DNA from: Acidobacteriota bacterium
GTDB lineage: Bacteria > Acidobacteriota > UBA6911 > RPQK01 > JAJDTT01
Assembly: GCA_965209055.1 (NCBI GenBank)
Contig: OZ242374.1
Location: 4,160,001 to 4,224,000, forward strand
Length of the DNA: 64,000 bases
Reading direction: 5' to 3'
Shown here piece by piece: positions 36,203 to 47,195 of the stretch. The translations under genes and the position numbers were made by a program. How positions within the stretch are numbered: the first letter of the stretch is position 1; every line of letters starts with the position of its first letter. The notes beneath the pieces are model-generated. The model searched no databases and was not told the origin of the DNA. It saw only the letters and a list, made by a program, of their open reading frames with translations.

Positions 36203-39200
36203 TCACGGTCGCGAGATGGTTTCATCCAAATTCAGGAGTACCTGAGCCACACTGGTCCAGGCCATGAAATCTCCGGTTTCCGCCTTCTCGCGCGCTTTTC
36301 CCGCATCCGGAGCGGATCCGGACAGGTTCTGCATTTGAAGCCGATAGAGGGCGGTCAGATCCTGAAGCTCTCCTGGTGACGGCCGGCGACCGACACTAAG
36401 GCGAAATCCGTGGGAGATCCGGTCGGCCGTTTCCGGACCCGTTTCCGAGATCATGCGGTGGGCCAGTCCCCGGGCGGCTTCCAGAAAGGTCTGGTCGTTC
36501 ATCAAGTTCAGCGCCTGCAGCGGCGTATTGGACCGGCTGCGGGCCACGCACGTGGACTCACGGCTGGGAGCGTCGAAATTGGCATAGAAGGGATAGGGAC
36601 GAATCCGCTTCAGGAAAGTGTAGAGTCCCCGCCGGTAGCGGTCGTCACCGCGACCCGTGATCCAGGTGTCCGCCACGTACAGGTTGTCCCAGAGCCCCTT
36701 GGGCTGAGGCGGAAAGACACTGGGACCGTAAGGCCTCAGACTGAGGAGTCCTGCGGTGCTCAGCGCGCTGTCCCGAATCATTTCGGCATCCATCCGGAAG
36801 CGCGGCCCACGGGCGTAGAACTGGTTGGAGGGGTCCTTTTCCCGCAGGACCTCTCCCATGCGGGAATCTTGACGATAGGTCGCCGATGTGACCATCAGAC
36901 GATGCATGGTCTTCATGGACCAATTCTGATCCACGAACTCGGTGGCGAGCCAATCCAGAAGCTCCGGATGCGTGGGTCGGTCGCCCTGCGTCCCCAGGTT
37001 TTCCGGCGTCGTGACCAGTGGCCGGCCGAAATGATCGGCCCAGAGCCGATTCATGGTGACCCGTCCCACCAGGGGGTTCTCCGGCGAGACGAGCCAGCGG
37101 GCCAGGGTCAGGCGATTGGGCGGCGTGTCGCTCTCGGGCAAGGCATGGAGCACCGAGGGGACGCCCGGATGGACCTCCTTGCCCGGGTCCAAAAAACTTC
37201 CCTTGACAAACAGATGGGTGGTCCGGGGCTTCTCCAGCTCCTTCATGACCAGGCTATTGGGCGAGGTCAACTGCTTCCAGAAGGCCAGAAGCTCGGAGAG
37301 CCGTTGCCGTTTCGGCGTCAGCAGGGGGGCAAAGCCGCGATAGTAGTCGTTCAGGATCCGGCGTTGGACCTCGGTCCTCCGGACGGGGGGAACGGCCAGG
37401 ACGCGTTCTGCCCGCGTCGGGAGCTTGACGTTCCGGGCCGGGTCCTGATCCCGGGTCACGGAAAAACGAAAACGGCCGATTGTTTTGCCCGGCTTCTCTC
37501 CCTCATGTCTCAGGCGGATGGTAAACCGGGTTCCACCCGAAAAGCCCAAGGGAGACTCGGACAGGAAAATGGCCTGGCGTTCGACCCTGTTCTCTTGCTT
37601 GGTCCCGCTGTTGGACCAGCCGGTGGTGGGGTCGCCGTCCAGGGCGCGGCGAATTCCCATGGTAACGGGATCGATCTCGGCCGCGGCGCCGCTGAACGCC
37701 ACCGGTGAGGAGGATCCCGAGGCGGCCAGAGGCTCCGCCACCACTTCAAACTCGGTCAAAATGAACTCCCCGTCGGAACTCCGGCTGGACCCGCCGTGGG
37801 GCAGGCTGGGATCCGTCAGGGTCTCCAGACGGATGGCGGTGATTCCCTCGACGTGGGTCTCGGTCACGACCACAAACGTTTCGCGCCCCGGCTTCGGTCC
37901 GGAAGCCAGCAGGGCACCGTCCCCCTGAAGGGTCAGTTCCGCGCCGCCCAGGGAGAAGTAGGTGACCGGATCCAGATCGCTCCAGGAGACCATCTCCGTG
38001 GCCGTTTGCGTCTCCCATTGAGTCCGCGCCGCCTCCAACTCCGGCGTGGAACGTTTCAATGCAGCCTTCAGCTCCACGATCTCCCGCTCGATTTCGGAGC
38101 GGTGAGAGGACAGATAGTCGGCGGGAGGCAGGGTGATGCTGGCGTTCTGCGGCCGGACCTTCGTCTTCGGGTTGTTCTCCTCCATCGTGTTGTTGAAGAA
38201 GGCGTACATCCCGAAGTACTCCTCCTGGGTGATGGGATCGTACTTGTGATCGTGGCACTGGGCGCAGGCAATGGTGCTCCCGAGCCAGACGGTTCCGGTG
38301 GTCTCGACCCGGTCCAGGATGGCCGCTACCCGGTACTCCTCCGGGTCGGTGCCACCCTCGGTGTTGATCATGGTGTTGCGGTGGAATCCGGTGGCGATCT
38401 TCTGCTCGGGAGTGGCGTCGGTCAGCAGGTCCCCCGCGATCTGCTCGATGGTGAACTGGTCGAAGGGCATGTCGGAGCTGATGGCCTTGATCACCCAATC
38501 GCGATAGAGCCACATGTTGCGCCGCCGGTCGTGGATGTAGCCGTTGGTGTCGGCATATCGGGCCAGGTCCAGCCAGGGCCGGGCCCAGCGCTCTCCGTAG
38601 CGGGGCGAGGCCAGGAGCCGGTCGACGAGTCGCTCGTAGGCCAGCGGACGCCGATCCTCGACGAAGGCGTCCACTTCCTCGGGAGTCGGCGGAAGCCCGA
38701 TGAGATCCAGGGTCACGCGGCGGATCAAGGTCTCCCGCGAGGCTTCCGGGGACGGCTCCAGGCCTTCCCGTTCCAACCGCTCCAGGACGAAGCGGTCGAT
38801 GGCATTGCGGACCCGGGACATATCTTTGACCTTCGGAAGGGAAGGACGGACCGGATTGACATAGGCCCAGTGCTTCTTGACGCCGTCGCCGGTTCCATCG
38901 ATGGCCTCGGTCCAGGGGGCTCCCTGGTCCAGCCAAGTCCGGATCATCTCGACCTGGTCGCGGGGCAGGGTACCTGTGAGAGGCATGGGAGACCCCGGGG
39001 CGTCGCCGACGATCTTCCGGTAGAGGAGGCTCGAGGAACCGTCGCCGGGAAGGATGGCCGGTCCGGACTGGCCCCCCTTCAGGGCCGCCTCCCGGGTATC
39101 CAGGCGAAGACCGTTCATGCTCTGGTCGGCGCCGTGGCACTGGTTGCAGCTGGCCTCGAGGATGGGGCGGATGTCGCGGGCGAAGTCGACGTCCCGGTCC

Positions 39201-39307
39201 GCGGAGGGCGGCGGGCCCGATCCGCTCATCAGGGCGACGGTGCTCATAATGCTGAGCACAAAGAGAGATGCCCAGGTTTGGAGCCTTCGGACTGGTGTCC
39301 AGCGCAT
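36203..39307 (-). CDS. Planctomycete cytochrome c / DUF1549 / DUF1553 protein
   Basis: [65 protein letters not shown]. Confidence 0.88.
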   Translation of the reverse strand: MRWTPVRRLQTWASLFVLSIMSTVALMSGSGPPPSADRDVDFARDIRPILEASCNQCHGADQSMNGLRLDTREAALKGGQSGPAILPGDGSSSLLYRKIVGDAPGSPMPLTGTLPRDQVEMIRTWLDQGAPWTEAIDGTGDGVKKHWAYVNPVRPSLPKVKDMSRVRNAIDRFVLERLEREGLEPSPEASRETLIRRVTLDLIGLPPTPEEVDAFVEDRRPLAYERLVDRLLASPRYGERWARPWLDLARYADTNGYIHDRRRNMWLYRDWVIKAISSDMPFDQFTIEQIAGDLLTDATPEQKIATGFHRNTMINTEGGTDPEEYRVAAILDRVETTGTVWLGSTIACAQCHDHKYDPITQEEYFGMYAFFNNTMEENNPKTKVRPQNASITLPPADYLSSHRSEIEREIVELKAALKRSTPELEAARTQWETQTATEMVSWSDLDPVTYFSLGGAELTLQGDGALLASGPKPGRETFVVVTETHVEGITAIRLETLTDPSLPHGGSSRSSDGEFILTEFEVVAEPLAASGSSSPVAFSGAAAEIDPVTMGIRRALDGDPTTGWSNSGTKQENRVERQAIFLSESPLGFSGGTRFTIRLRHEGEKPGKTIGRFRFSVTRDQDPARNVKLPTRAERVLAVPPVRRTEVQRRILNDYYRGFAPLLTPKRQRLSELLAFWKQLTSPNSLVMKELEKPRTTHLFVKGSFLDPGKEVHPGVPSVLHALPESDTPPNRLTLARWLVSPENPLVGRVTMNRLWADHFGRPLVTTPENLGTQGDRPTHPELLDWLATEFVDQNWSMKTMHRLMVTSATYRQDSRMGEVLREKDPSNQFYARGPRFRMDAEMIRDSALSTAGLLSLRPYGPSVFPPQPKGLWDNLYVADTWITGRGDDRYRRGLYTFLKRIRPYPFYANFDAPSRESTCVARSRSNTPLQALNLMNDQTFLEAARGLAHRMISETGPETADRISHGFRLSVGRRPSPGELQDLTALYRLQMQNLSGSAPDAGKAREKAETGDFMAWTSVAQVLLNLDETISRP

Positions 39308-39489
39308 ACGCCAACCTCGATTCGGGGTGTCGCACGAGTATATCAACCCAGGGCGAGTATCGTCGCCAGGAGGAGGGACTGTTAGTCCCCCGTCTTCTTT
39401 TGCGCGTAATATCTTGAGGTTTCCCAAACCGGAACAGCGGGGGTAGGAAAACTCCGGCTCCCATTAGACAATAGGGAGAGGTTTCGACC

Positions 39490-40767
39490 ATGGCCATCGG
39501 ATTGAGACGCATCGGACCCGCGTTTATCGTGGGGGCCTGTATTATCGGACCGGGAAGCGTCACCCTGATGTCGCGAACCGGCGCGGTCTACGGCTACTCC
39601 ATGCTCTGGCTGGCCATCCTTGCCGGCGCCCTCATGGCGGGGTTTCTCGCCCTCTTCCTGCGATTCGGACTCTACTCACAAGAGACCTTTCTGGGACTGG
39701 CCTCCCGAAAGCTGGGCCCCTGGTTCGCCGTGGTCTGTGGCTTCTCCCTGGCCTCGGTGAACGCCACCTTCCAGTTCGGGAACAACCTGGGCGTCACCGC
39801 CGCCATGACCACGCTCTTTGGAGACGTCCCCAAGTTGGTCTGGCCGGTGGGATTCACGCTGCTCTCCATCGTCTTCCTCGCAGGCTTCCGGAACATCTAC
39901 CTGCTGCTGGAAAGGTTGATGACCTTCTTCCTGGTCTTCATGGTCCTGGCGTTCGCGGCCAACCTGCTGTGGGCCGGCCCCGACTGGTTGTCCGCCCTGA
40001 AGGGCGCGACCATCCCCAATATTCCGGAGGGCGCCGATTGGCTCACGTTAGGCGGCCTGGTGGCCACCACGTTCGTGATGGTGGCGGCCTTCTTCCAGGC
40101 CTACCTGGTCCGTGCCAAGGGCTGGAAGGAAGAAGATCTCTCCAGCGGCGTCACCGACACGGTGCTGGCGTCCGTTCTCTACACGGCCATCGGCTGCGTG
40201 ATCATGATGACTGCGGCCGCCGTTCTTTACCCGGACGGACGTGTGGACAGCGCTGCCGGCATGGCGATGCAACTGGAGGGCGTCTTCGGACCGTACGCCC
40301 GGATCATCTTCTGCGTCGGTTTCGGCACCGCAGCCTTCTCCAGCTTCGTGACCAACGCCATGGTCGGCGGGGTCCTGGTCAACGACGGGCTTGGCCTGGG
40401 GGGGAGGGTGAACTCTCCCACGACCAAGCTCATCGCAGGGATCATCCTGGTCATCGGCATGGCCACCGCCGTCGCCATCCTCCAGACCGAGGCAACGGCA
40501 GACGCGGCGGCCGCGTCGGGATCCGTAGCCAAGAGCCAGTTGGAGATCCGTGCCCTCGCCTTGGCCCAGGCCCTGACCCTGCTGGCGATGCCCCTGGGCG
40601 TACTGGCCACGTTGCTGGCCTTCTTCGACCGGGACGCCATGGCGCGGCGTCCGTTGTCGCTGCCGGAACGGGCCTTCGTCCTCGTGGGCGTAACCGTCCT
40701 GCTGGCAATTGCCGGCATGACGGCCCTAAGGGTGATTCCGATGATTTCGGAAATTGTGTGGGGTTAG
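39490..40767 (+). CDS. Nramp/MntH-related divalent cation transporter family protein
   Basis: IGPAFIVGACIIGPGSVT...GAVYGYSMLW, FQFGN, AAFSSFVTNAM; about 11 TM segments. Confidence 0.75.
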   Translation: MAIGLRRIGPAFIVGACIIGPGSVTLMSRTGAVYGYSMLWLAILAGALMAGFLALFLRFGLYSQETFLGLASRKLGPWFAVVCGFSLASVNATFQFGNNLGVTAAMTTLFGDVPKLVWPVGFTLLSIVFLAGFRNIYLLLERLMTFFLVFMVLAFAANLLWAGPDWLSALKGATIPNIPEGADWLTLGGLVATTFVMVAAFFQAYLVRAKGWKEEDLSSGVTDTVLASVLYTAIGCVIMMTAAAVLYPDGRVDSAAGMAMQLEGVFGPYARIIFCVGFGTAAFSSFVTNAMVGGVLVNDGLGLGGRVNSPTTKLIAGIILVIGMATAVAILQTEATADAAAASGSVAKSQLEIRALALAQALTLLAMPLGVLATLLAFFDRDAMARRPLSLPERAFVLVGVTVLLAIAGMTALRVIPMISEIVWG

Positions 40768-40774
40768 TCGAACA

Positions 40775-41135
40775 TCAATCGGAACTTCCGTGCTGCCGCT
40801 CGTCCTTCAACAGGAATTCAATCTCACGTCGAAGCGTCGGCAGATGAGTCTCAACGACATCCCAGACCAGCCGATCGTCTACATCTGCGTAGCCATATCA
40901 GAACGTTTCGAAAGGCAATGATCCGTTGATACTCACTGATTCGGCTGGCGAATTTTTCATCGAGTCTTGCAAGTTTCGCTACTGCTTCACCAATGACTTC
41001 GAATTTGGGCTCAACGGCAGCCTGCAGCATGGCGTCGCACTGATATTTCCGGAAGGATATGCCGACAGTAAACCTCGTGAGTAATTCGACGGCAGTCCGG
41101 ATATCGAACAGATTTTTCTTGACCTCAAGCCTCAT
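40775..41135 (-). pseudogene. HepT/DUF86 HEPN toxin, frameshifted at the catalytic motif
   Basis: FEVIGEAV...IIAFRNVLI, then a frame change near 40895 to GYADVDDRLVWDVVETHLPTLRREI. The expected RNVLIHGY lacks 2 nt of the His codon. Confidence 0.85.
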
Positions 41136-41433
41136 AGATCGGAGTCTTCGTCTCTTCGACAGATTGCCGAAAGTAGGGATTTCGGATGGCTGAGCCGACT
41201 ACGAGGTCCACGGGTCGTCCGAAGAGACCGGACAGACCTTCTAGAAGGCCGAAATAGGTGTCGGCATAGGCTCCGGAAGGGAGCCGCTGGAATTCAACCA
41301 GGAAATCGAGGTCGCTATCCTCCCTCAGATCGGGGAAGGTCGCGGCCGAACCAAACAATTCAAGCCTCCGTACACGGTAGCGAAGGCAAAGCTCCTCCAG
41401 TTCGGCGGTGTGCTTTTCAATGGCCCGAGTCAT
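41125..41433 (-). CDS. MNT (minimal nucleotidyltransferase) antitoxin, MntA-like
   Basis: VRRLELFGSAA...SDLDFLVEF...LFGRPVDLV...IRNPYF; overlaps the HEPN gene start. Confidence 0.85.
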   Translation of the reverse strand: MTRAIEKHTAELEELCLRYRVRRLELFGSAATFPDLREDSDLDFLVEFQRLPSGAYADTYFGLLEGLSGLFGRPVDLVVGSAIRNPYFRQSVEETKTPIYEA

Positions 41434-41661
41434 TGCAGGTTCCTCATTCCAACATGATAACCGCAATCGATCTGGATTCGCCGTCATCACCAAACTCAAA
41501 GGAGAACTTCGACCATCTACCTCTCATACTCACTCAAACGCTTTACTATCCCGGCTCCACTATGGGTCGAAGCAAATTGTGACGCGCTGTAGACTAAGTG
41601 CGGTAGCGACGGGGCCAGTGATCCCCCAAGCATGCCCGCGTAAGAGGGTAACGAACCAGCT

Positions 41662-43041
41662 ATGGAAACGGATGTTCGGGTCCTTGAGATCCAACCTTAC
41701 TTTACCCGGGAGCAGTCTCGGACGCCCCTGAAGTTCGGTGGCGTGGTGATGGATTCGGCCTGGCTGTGCCACGTTCGGGTCCTGGTGGAGAACCGGCGCG
41801 GAGAGAGAGGAGAAGGCTGGGGCGCCATCTTTCTTTCCGACGTCTGGGGCTGGCCCTCAAGCCGCGTGGACCATCCGCAGCGGGAGAACCTGATGGTCCA
41901 ACTCGTGCGTTCCTGGTGCCGGCGTCTCCGGGACGTACAGGATTTCTCCCACCCCATCGACCTCTTTTGGGAACTGGAGCCGGAATTGGAGACCCTGGCG
42001 CGAGACCTCTGCCGGGACGCGGGGGCCGCCGAGGAGATGCCCCGGCTCAATGCGCTCATCTGCGCATCGGCCGCCGACGCCGCCCTCCACGATGCCTTCG
42101 GGAACACGGCGGGCATCGACACCTACCTGGGATACGGCCCCGGGCACATGGACCACGATCTCTCCCGTTGGTTGGGGTCATCCTACGCGGGCCGCTATGT
42201 TGAGGATTTTCTCCATCCTTTGCCGGAACAGGTGGATGCCTTCCACCTGGTGGGGGGGATGGACAAGCTTTCGGAGGCCGAAGTCACGGAAGATGACCCC
42301 GACGACGGCCTTCCCGTTTCCCTGGACCAATGGATCCGCTACGAGGCGCTCCGCTGTCTGAAGGTCAAGCTGGTGGGGACCGACCTGGAGTGGGATCTCA
42401 ACCGGCTCCTGGAGGTCTATCGCCTGGCCCGTGCGGAGCAACGCCGCCTCGGTATCGATGAACTGTGGCTCACGGCGGACACGAATGAGATGTGCGACAC
42501 ACCCCAGTACATGGTGGAGCTTCTGGTGCGGTTGAGGGAAGAGAACCGGGCTGCGTTCGACTCTCTGCTCTACGTGGAACAGCCGTGCGAGAGGGATCTG
42601 CGAAAACGAATGTTGGACATGACGGAATTGCGGCAGATCAAGCCGGTGATCGTGGATGAGGCCCTGAGTTCGCTGGAGGATCTGGAACTGGCGTTGGAAC
42701 TGGGCTACAGCGGGCTGGCCTTGAAGACCTGCAAGTGCCAATCGGCCGAACTGGTGCTGGCATCCCGGGCGGCGGCGGCCGGCGTTCCGTTCGCGGTGCA
42801 GGATCTGACCAATCCGGGGATCGCGCTGCTTCAGTCGGCTGGGCTTGCCGGTAGGCTGCAGACCATACGGGGCGTGGAGTCCAACAGCCGCCAGTTCTTC
42901 CCCGCCAGCAGCGAACCGGAACGGACGGTCCATCCTGGATTCTTCAAGCTGGAGCAGGGAAGGATCCGCACGTCTACCCTTCGGGGGCCGGGACTCGGCT
43001 ACCAGTGGGACCGCATCGACCGCCGATTTGAAACCTCCTGA
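41662..43041 (+). CDS. Mandelate racemase/muconate lactonizing enzyme (enolase superfamily) protein
   Basis: CLKVKL (KxK), TADTNE, YVEQP, IVDE, ALKTCK. Confidence 0.8.
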   Translation: METDVRVLEIQPYFTREQSRTPLKFGGVVMDSAWLCHVRVLVENRRGERGEGWGAIFLSDVWGWPSSRVDHPQRENLMVQLVRSWCRRLRDVQDFSHPIDLFWELEPELETLARDLCRDAGAAEEMPRLNALICASAADAALHDAFGNTAGIDTYLGYGPGHMDHDLSRWLGSSYAGRYVEDFLHPLPEQVDAFHLVGGMDKLSEAEVTEDDPDDGLPVSLDQWIRYEALRCLKVKLVGTDLEWDLNRLLEVYRLARAEQRRLGIDELWLTADTNEMCDTPQYMVELLVRLREENRAAFDSLLYVEQPCERDLRKRMLDMTELRQIKPVIVDEALSSLEDLELALELGYSGLALKTCKCQSAELVLASRAAAAGVPFAVQDLTNPGIALLQSAGLAGRLQTIRGVESNSRQFFPASSEPERTVHPGFFKLEQGRIRTSTLRGPGLGYQWDRIDRRFETS

Positions 43042-43063
43042 CGTCGTGGTAATCTGAATCCAA

Positions 43064-43171
43064 AGGAGCGGCGGCTTCTAGCCGCCGAACAGGAACGGCG
43101 GTTTCTAGCCGCCGAACAGGAACGGCGGTTTCTAGCCGCCGAACAGGAACGGCGGTTTCTAACCGCCGAAC
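43064..43171 (+). repeat. Four tandem 27-bp units, each a REP-like hairpin
   Basis: Unit aggaacggcggtttctagccgccgaac at 43064, 43091, 43118 and 43145, with 1-2 substitutions in units 1 and 4; no unique spacers. Confidence 0.9.
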
Positions 43172-43243
43172 TCCGACGTAACAAGGAACGGCCGTACAAA
43201 GGAATGGGCGATTAGGAAATCGCCCCTCCAAGGAGGATCAGCT

Positions 43244-44026
43244 ATGGCGGCGATACAGACATCAGTAGTCTCCCAGGTTCCTCGGGAAATCGATGCTGTC
43301 GAATGGGATCTCCGGGTCCAGCTCGCGGCGTGCTACCGGATCGTGGACTATTTCGACTGGTGCGAGCTGATCTACGGGCATATCTCGCTTCGTGTGCCCG
43401 GCCCCGAACACCACTTTCTGATCAACCCCTACGGGCTGCGTTACGACGAGATGACGGCTTCCAGCCTGGTGAAGATCGACCTGGACGGGAATCTGGTCGA
43501 GCCGTCCGACTATCCGTTCAACCCGGCCGGGTTCGTCATCCACAGCGCCATTCACCAGCACCGGGAGAATGCCCACTGTGTGATCCACACCCATACCCGG
43601 GCCGGAATGGCCGTGGCGGCGCTGGAATGCGGACTCCTGAACATCAGCATGAACGCCACCAGCTTCTACAACAATATCGGCTACCACGACTACGAGGGCT
43701 CCCAACTGTTCCTGGACGAGCGCAGGAAGCTCGCCGAGGACCTGGGAACGTCGAACGTCATGATCCTGCGCAACCATGGTCTGCTGAGCGTCGGAGCAAC
43801 CGTCCCCGAGGCGTTCCTGCACATCTACCGTCTGGAGCGGGCCTGCCAGGTCCAGCTCGACGCCATGGCCTGCCGGCAGAACCTGGTGATCCCGTCCGAT
43901 TCGGTCGTCGCGCGGTCGGCGGATCAGATGGACGATTTCGCCAAGTGCGCCGCCGACCTGGGCCAACTGGAATTTGACGCCCTGGTCCGGCTCATGGACC
44001 AGAGGGATCCCTCGTTCCGTAACTGA
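43244..44026 (+). CDS. Class II aldolase/adducin family protein
   Basis: LRVQLAACYR, HISLRVP, FLINPYG, AGFVIHSAIH, CVIHTHT, ILRNHGL. Confidence 0.9.
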   Translation: MAAIQTSVVSQVPREIDAVEWDLRVQLAACYRIVDYFDWCELIYGHISLRVPGPEHHFLINPYGLRYDEMTASSLVKIDLDGNLVEPSDYPFNPAGFVIHSAIHQHRENAHCVIHTHTRAGMAVAALECGLLNISMNATSFYNNIGYHDYEGSQLFLDERRKLAEDLGTSNVMILRNHGLLSVGATVPEAFLHIYRLERACQVQLDAMACRQNLVIPSDSVVARSADQMDDFAKCAADLGQLEFDALVRLMDQRDPSFRN

Positions 44027-44089
44027 GCCCGGCTTCGCCGAATCGATTCGAGCGCGCCGGCCCGAAGGCTCCCGTATGGCAACTGAGCG

Positions 44090-44443
44090 ATGAGATTCCT
44101 GCGGCTCGTCGTGGCCGTAGCCCTGTCAGTCCTCCTGTACGAAAGATTGGCGTCCCTGGATCAGTACGTCGGGCCCCCACTGTACCGGCCGCTGCACTTC
44201 TTGGGATTTCTGATCACCGGAGTTGTGATCTATCTCGTCCTCCTCCCCAAGAAAAAGCGGGTCTGGACCGGGCGGGACTCGGCCTTTGTGGCAGCCAGCG
44301 CGTTCACCGCGGCCGCCGTTTGGATCTACGAGTTCCTTTTCTCGTATCAGGTGAGCCACTTGGGGGGAATCATGATCTACATGATCCCGTTGGCGCTCTT
44401 CATCCTGAGCCGGTGGATCACGACGACGAAAGCCGGCGCCTGA
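44090..44443 (+). CDS. Hypothetical four-TM membrane protein
   Basis: Four hydrophobic stretches; fills the gap between two co-oriented genes. Confidence 0.6.
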   Translation: MRFLRLVVAVALSVLLYERLASLDQYVGPPLYRPLHFLGFLITGVVIYLVLLPKKKRVWTGRDSAFVAASAFTAAAVWIYEFLFSYQVSHLGGIMIYMIPLALFILSRWITTTKAGA

Positions 44444-44519
44444 CGCGCTCGCAATGGAGGGTACGTCAGGAAGAGCCGCTTGGAAGCAGGGCCGGATGAC
44501 GGTATCGAAGGAGGAATCC

Positions 44520-45662
44520 ATGAACCAGGAGAAAATCACCCGCCGCCGGATCCTGGGAGGGCTGGCCACCCTCGCCGTTTCTTCCGGGAGAGTAGAACCC
44601 GCCTGGTCTCTACCGGCTGAAGGATCCCTCAGCGCCGGCCTTTTCAGCGAAGCGGGCAGCCACGCCGAACACTACCTGAAGGGCTTTGCGCAAGCCCGTG
44701 GAGTGGGTCGAGTGGCCGTTTCCGACCCCACGGGGAAGACCTTCGAGCAGGCGAAGCAACTACTGGGCGGGCGTCTGGAAGGAACCTACCGGAGCCATCG
44801 GGAGATGCTGGAGAGAGTTCATCCCAAGCTCGTAGTCGTGACTTTGGAAGGACATCACGCGCCTCCCGCCATCCGATTGGCCTTGGAGGCGAACTGCCAT
44901 GTGATGACAGAGAAGCCGGGCTGTGCCCGGCTGGAAGACTTCGAGCCCCTGGTCGAGCTGGCGCAGTCGCGCGGCCGGGACCTGATGTTGGCCATGGCGA
45001 CCCGAATGAGTCTGGCCGTCAAGAAGGCGCGCGACCTGATCCGATCCGGCTTTCTGGGGAAGCCCTACTCGGCCACCATGGACTGGATCAGCGACCAGAC
45101 GCGGCTGACGCGCCCCGAACATCAGCGCTCCTGGCTCTCCTTCAAGGACAAGGCTGGAGGCGGAAAGCTCATCTACCATGGGATCCACTACTTGGACCTG
45201 ATCCAATTCCTCACCGGAGATCGAATTGACCGGATCACATCCCTCTGCGAGAACGTGGGAGGCCAGCCCATCGAGGTCGAGGATGCGGCAGTCGTCTCCT
45301 TTCGCCTCAGCAAGGGCCTGGTGGGAACCCTCAACGCCGGATACTACTTGGACGAGAGCTACCAGAACCAGATCCGTTTCTGGGGTTCGAAGGGTTGGTT
45401 CCATATGGACCTGCCCTATGGGGAGACCTTGAAATGGTACTCCACGCATCCCGAGGCGCCCCGGGGTGTCCAGTTCTTCCAATATCAGGACGATCCCAAT
45501 CCACCCTACGTGTACGGTCCGCTGGTGCAGGAGGCGGTTGACGCCGCCTTGGGGCTCTCCCCGCCTCCCATGACGGCAGCGGAGTGCCTCCACCTCATGA
45601 GGGTGATTTTCGCTGCCTACCGGGCGGCGGAAACAGGGAAAACCCAGGAGGTGGCGTCGTAA
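44520..45662 (+). CDS. Gfo/Idh/MocA family oxidoreductase, Tat-exported
   Basis: TRRRILGG, HVMTEKPG, AGGGKLIYHGIHYLD, VEDAA. Confidence 0.88.
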   Translation: MNQEKITRRRILGGLATLAVSSGRVEPAWSLPAEGSLSAGLFSEAGSHAEHYLKGFAQARGVGRVAVSDPTGKTFEQAKQLLGGRLEGTYRSHREMLERVHPKLVVVTLEGHHAPPAIRLALEANCHVMTEKPGCARLEDFEPLVELAQSRGRDLMLAMATRMSLAVKKARDLIRSGFLGKPYSATMDWISDQTRLTRPEHQRSWLSFKDKAGGGKLIYHGIHYLDLIQFLTGDRIDRITSLCENVGGQPIEVEDAAVVSFRLSKGLVGTLNAGYYLDESYQNQIRFWGSKGWFHMDLPYGETLKWYSTHPEAPRGVQFFQYQDDPNPPYVYGPLVQEAVDAALGLSPPPMTAAECLHLMRVIFAAYRAAETGKTQEVAS

Positions 45663-45758
45663 ATGAGAGCCCTGACCGACCTTGTCTACCCTGTTCCGTG
45701 CGACTCGTCTCGGCGCTGATCCGAGCGCCCGCCCCTCAGGACCCGGCCACGCCTGGCG

Positions 45759-47195
45759 TCATGCCAGGATCTCTTTCACCACCCGCCCGTAGACGTCCGT
45801 GAGGCGGAAGTCGCGACCGCTGTAGCGATAGGTCAGCCTCTCGTGGTCGAGGCCCAGAAGGTGGAGGATGGTGGCGTGCAAGTCGTGGATGTGCACCTTC
45901 TGGTCGACGGCCCGGAGGCCGTACTCGTCGGTGACCCCGTGGACCATGCCGCCGCGCACGCCCCCTCCGGCCATCCAGGTGCAGAACCCTTCGGGGTTGT
46001 GGCCCCGCCCGTATTGGGACTTGTCTCCGAAGGAGAAATCCTCGAAGTGGGGGGTTCGCCCGAACTCACCCGACCAGACGAGGAGCGTGTCGTCGAAAAG
46101 TCCCCTGGCCTTGAGGTCCGAGATCAGGCCGGCCGTGGGCTTGTCGATGTTGGCGCACTTCTTGGGGAGGCCCTTGCCGATCGCTTCGTGATGGTCCCAG
46201 CCGCTGGAGGTGATTTGGATGAAACGCACGCCGGCTTCGGCAAAGCGACGCGCCAGCAGGCACTGGCGTCCGAATTCGTCGGTCTCTTTCCGGCCGATGC
46301 CGTAGAGATCGAGCGTGGCCTTGGACTCGGACGACAGGTCGATGAGGTCCGGAGCCTCCGACTGCATTCGAAACGCCAGCTCGAAGGACTGGATGAGTCC
46401 CTCCATCCGGCGGTCGGATCGAACCTGTTGCAGGTGCGCCCGGTTCATCTGTTGAATGAAATCCACCTGATCGCGCTGCAGCTCGACCGGCAGGCTCGGA
46501 TCCTCGATATAGCGAAACACCGCTTTCTCGGCGCCGGTGGCCCGGCTTCCCAGCACCGTTCCCTGGTAGACGGCGGGGAGGAATGAATTCCCGAAAAACT
46601 GGACGTTCCCGGTGTCGCCGACGAGGAGGGGGCAGATGGTGATGAAGCTGGGAAGATTCCGGTTCTCGGTTCCCAGCCCGTACCCGACCCACGATCCCAT
46701 CGACGGACGAATCAGGCGGGGATCACCGGTGTGCAGTTGCCTGGCCGCGGGGGCATGAGCTTCGTTGTCCGCCTGCATGGCCCGGAGAAGACACAGCTCA
46801 TCGGCGTGCTTCGCCATGTGGGGCAACCAATCGGTCATCATCATTCCGGACTGTCCCCGGGGCCGCATCGGGGAGATCGGTCCCATCAGGCGGCTCAAGT
46901 CCATCCCCACCCCATCCGGGATCTCGTAGGGAATGGCTTCTCCACTCTCTTTCGCCAGCCGCGGTTTGTAGTCGAACATGTCGAGTTGGGAGGGGCCGCC
47001 CGCCATCCACATGAAAATCACGCGCTTGGCGCGGGGCGGAACATGCGGAACCTTCGGCGCCAGGGGGCCGGCGGCGGCCGAAGCCTGCTCGGTGCACATG
47101 GCGGCCAGCGCCACGGAGCCGAAGCCGCAGGCGGAGGATTGCAAGAAACGGCGGCGCGTCAAGTTTCGGTGAGGCGGGAGGTTCATGGGGATCAT
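45759..47195 (-). CDS. DUF1501 domain protein
   Basis: [56 protein letters not shown]. Confidence 0.88.
   Translation of the reverse strand: MIPMNLPPHRNLTRRRFLQSSACGFGSVALAAMCTEQASAAAGPLAPKVPHVPPRAKRVIFMWMAGGPSQLDMFDYKPRLAKESGEAIPYEIPDGVGMDLSRLMGPISPMRPRGQSGMMMTDWLPHMAKHADELCLLRAMQADNEAHAPAARQLHTGDPRLIRPSMGSWVGYGLGTENRNLPSFITICPLLVGDTGNVQFFGNSFLPAVYQGTVLGSRATGAEKAVFRYIEDPSLPVELQRDQVDFIQQMNRAHLQQVRSDRRMEGLIQSFELAFRMQSEAPDLIDLSSESKATLDLYGIGRKETDEFGRQCLLARRFAEAGVRFIQITSSGWDHHEAIGKGLPKKCANIDKPTAGLISDLKARGLFDDTLLVWSGEFGRTPHFEDFSFGDKSQYGRGHNPEGFCTWMAGGGVRGGMVHGVTDEYGLRAVDQKVHIHDLHATILHLLGLDHERLTYRYSGRDFRLTDVYGRVVKEILA

Noticed and set aside
43064-43171. Possible CRISPR array
   Set aside because: Repeats are contiguous with no unique spacers, and no cas genes are in the window; better explained as tandem REP-like hairpins.
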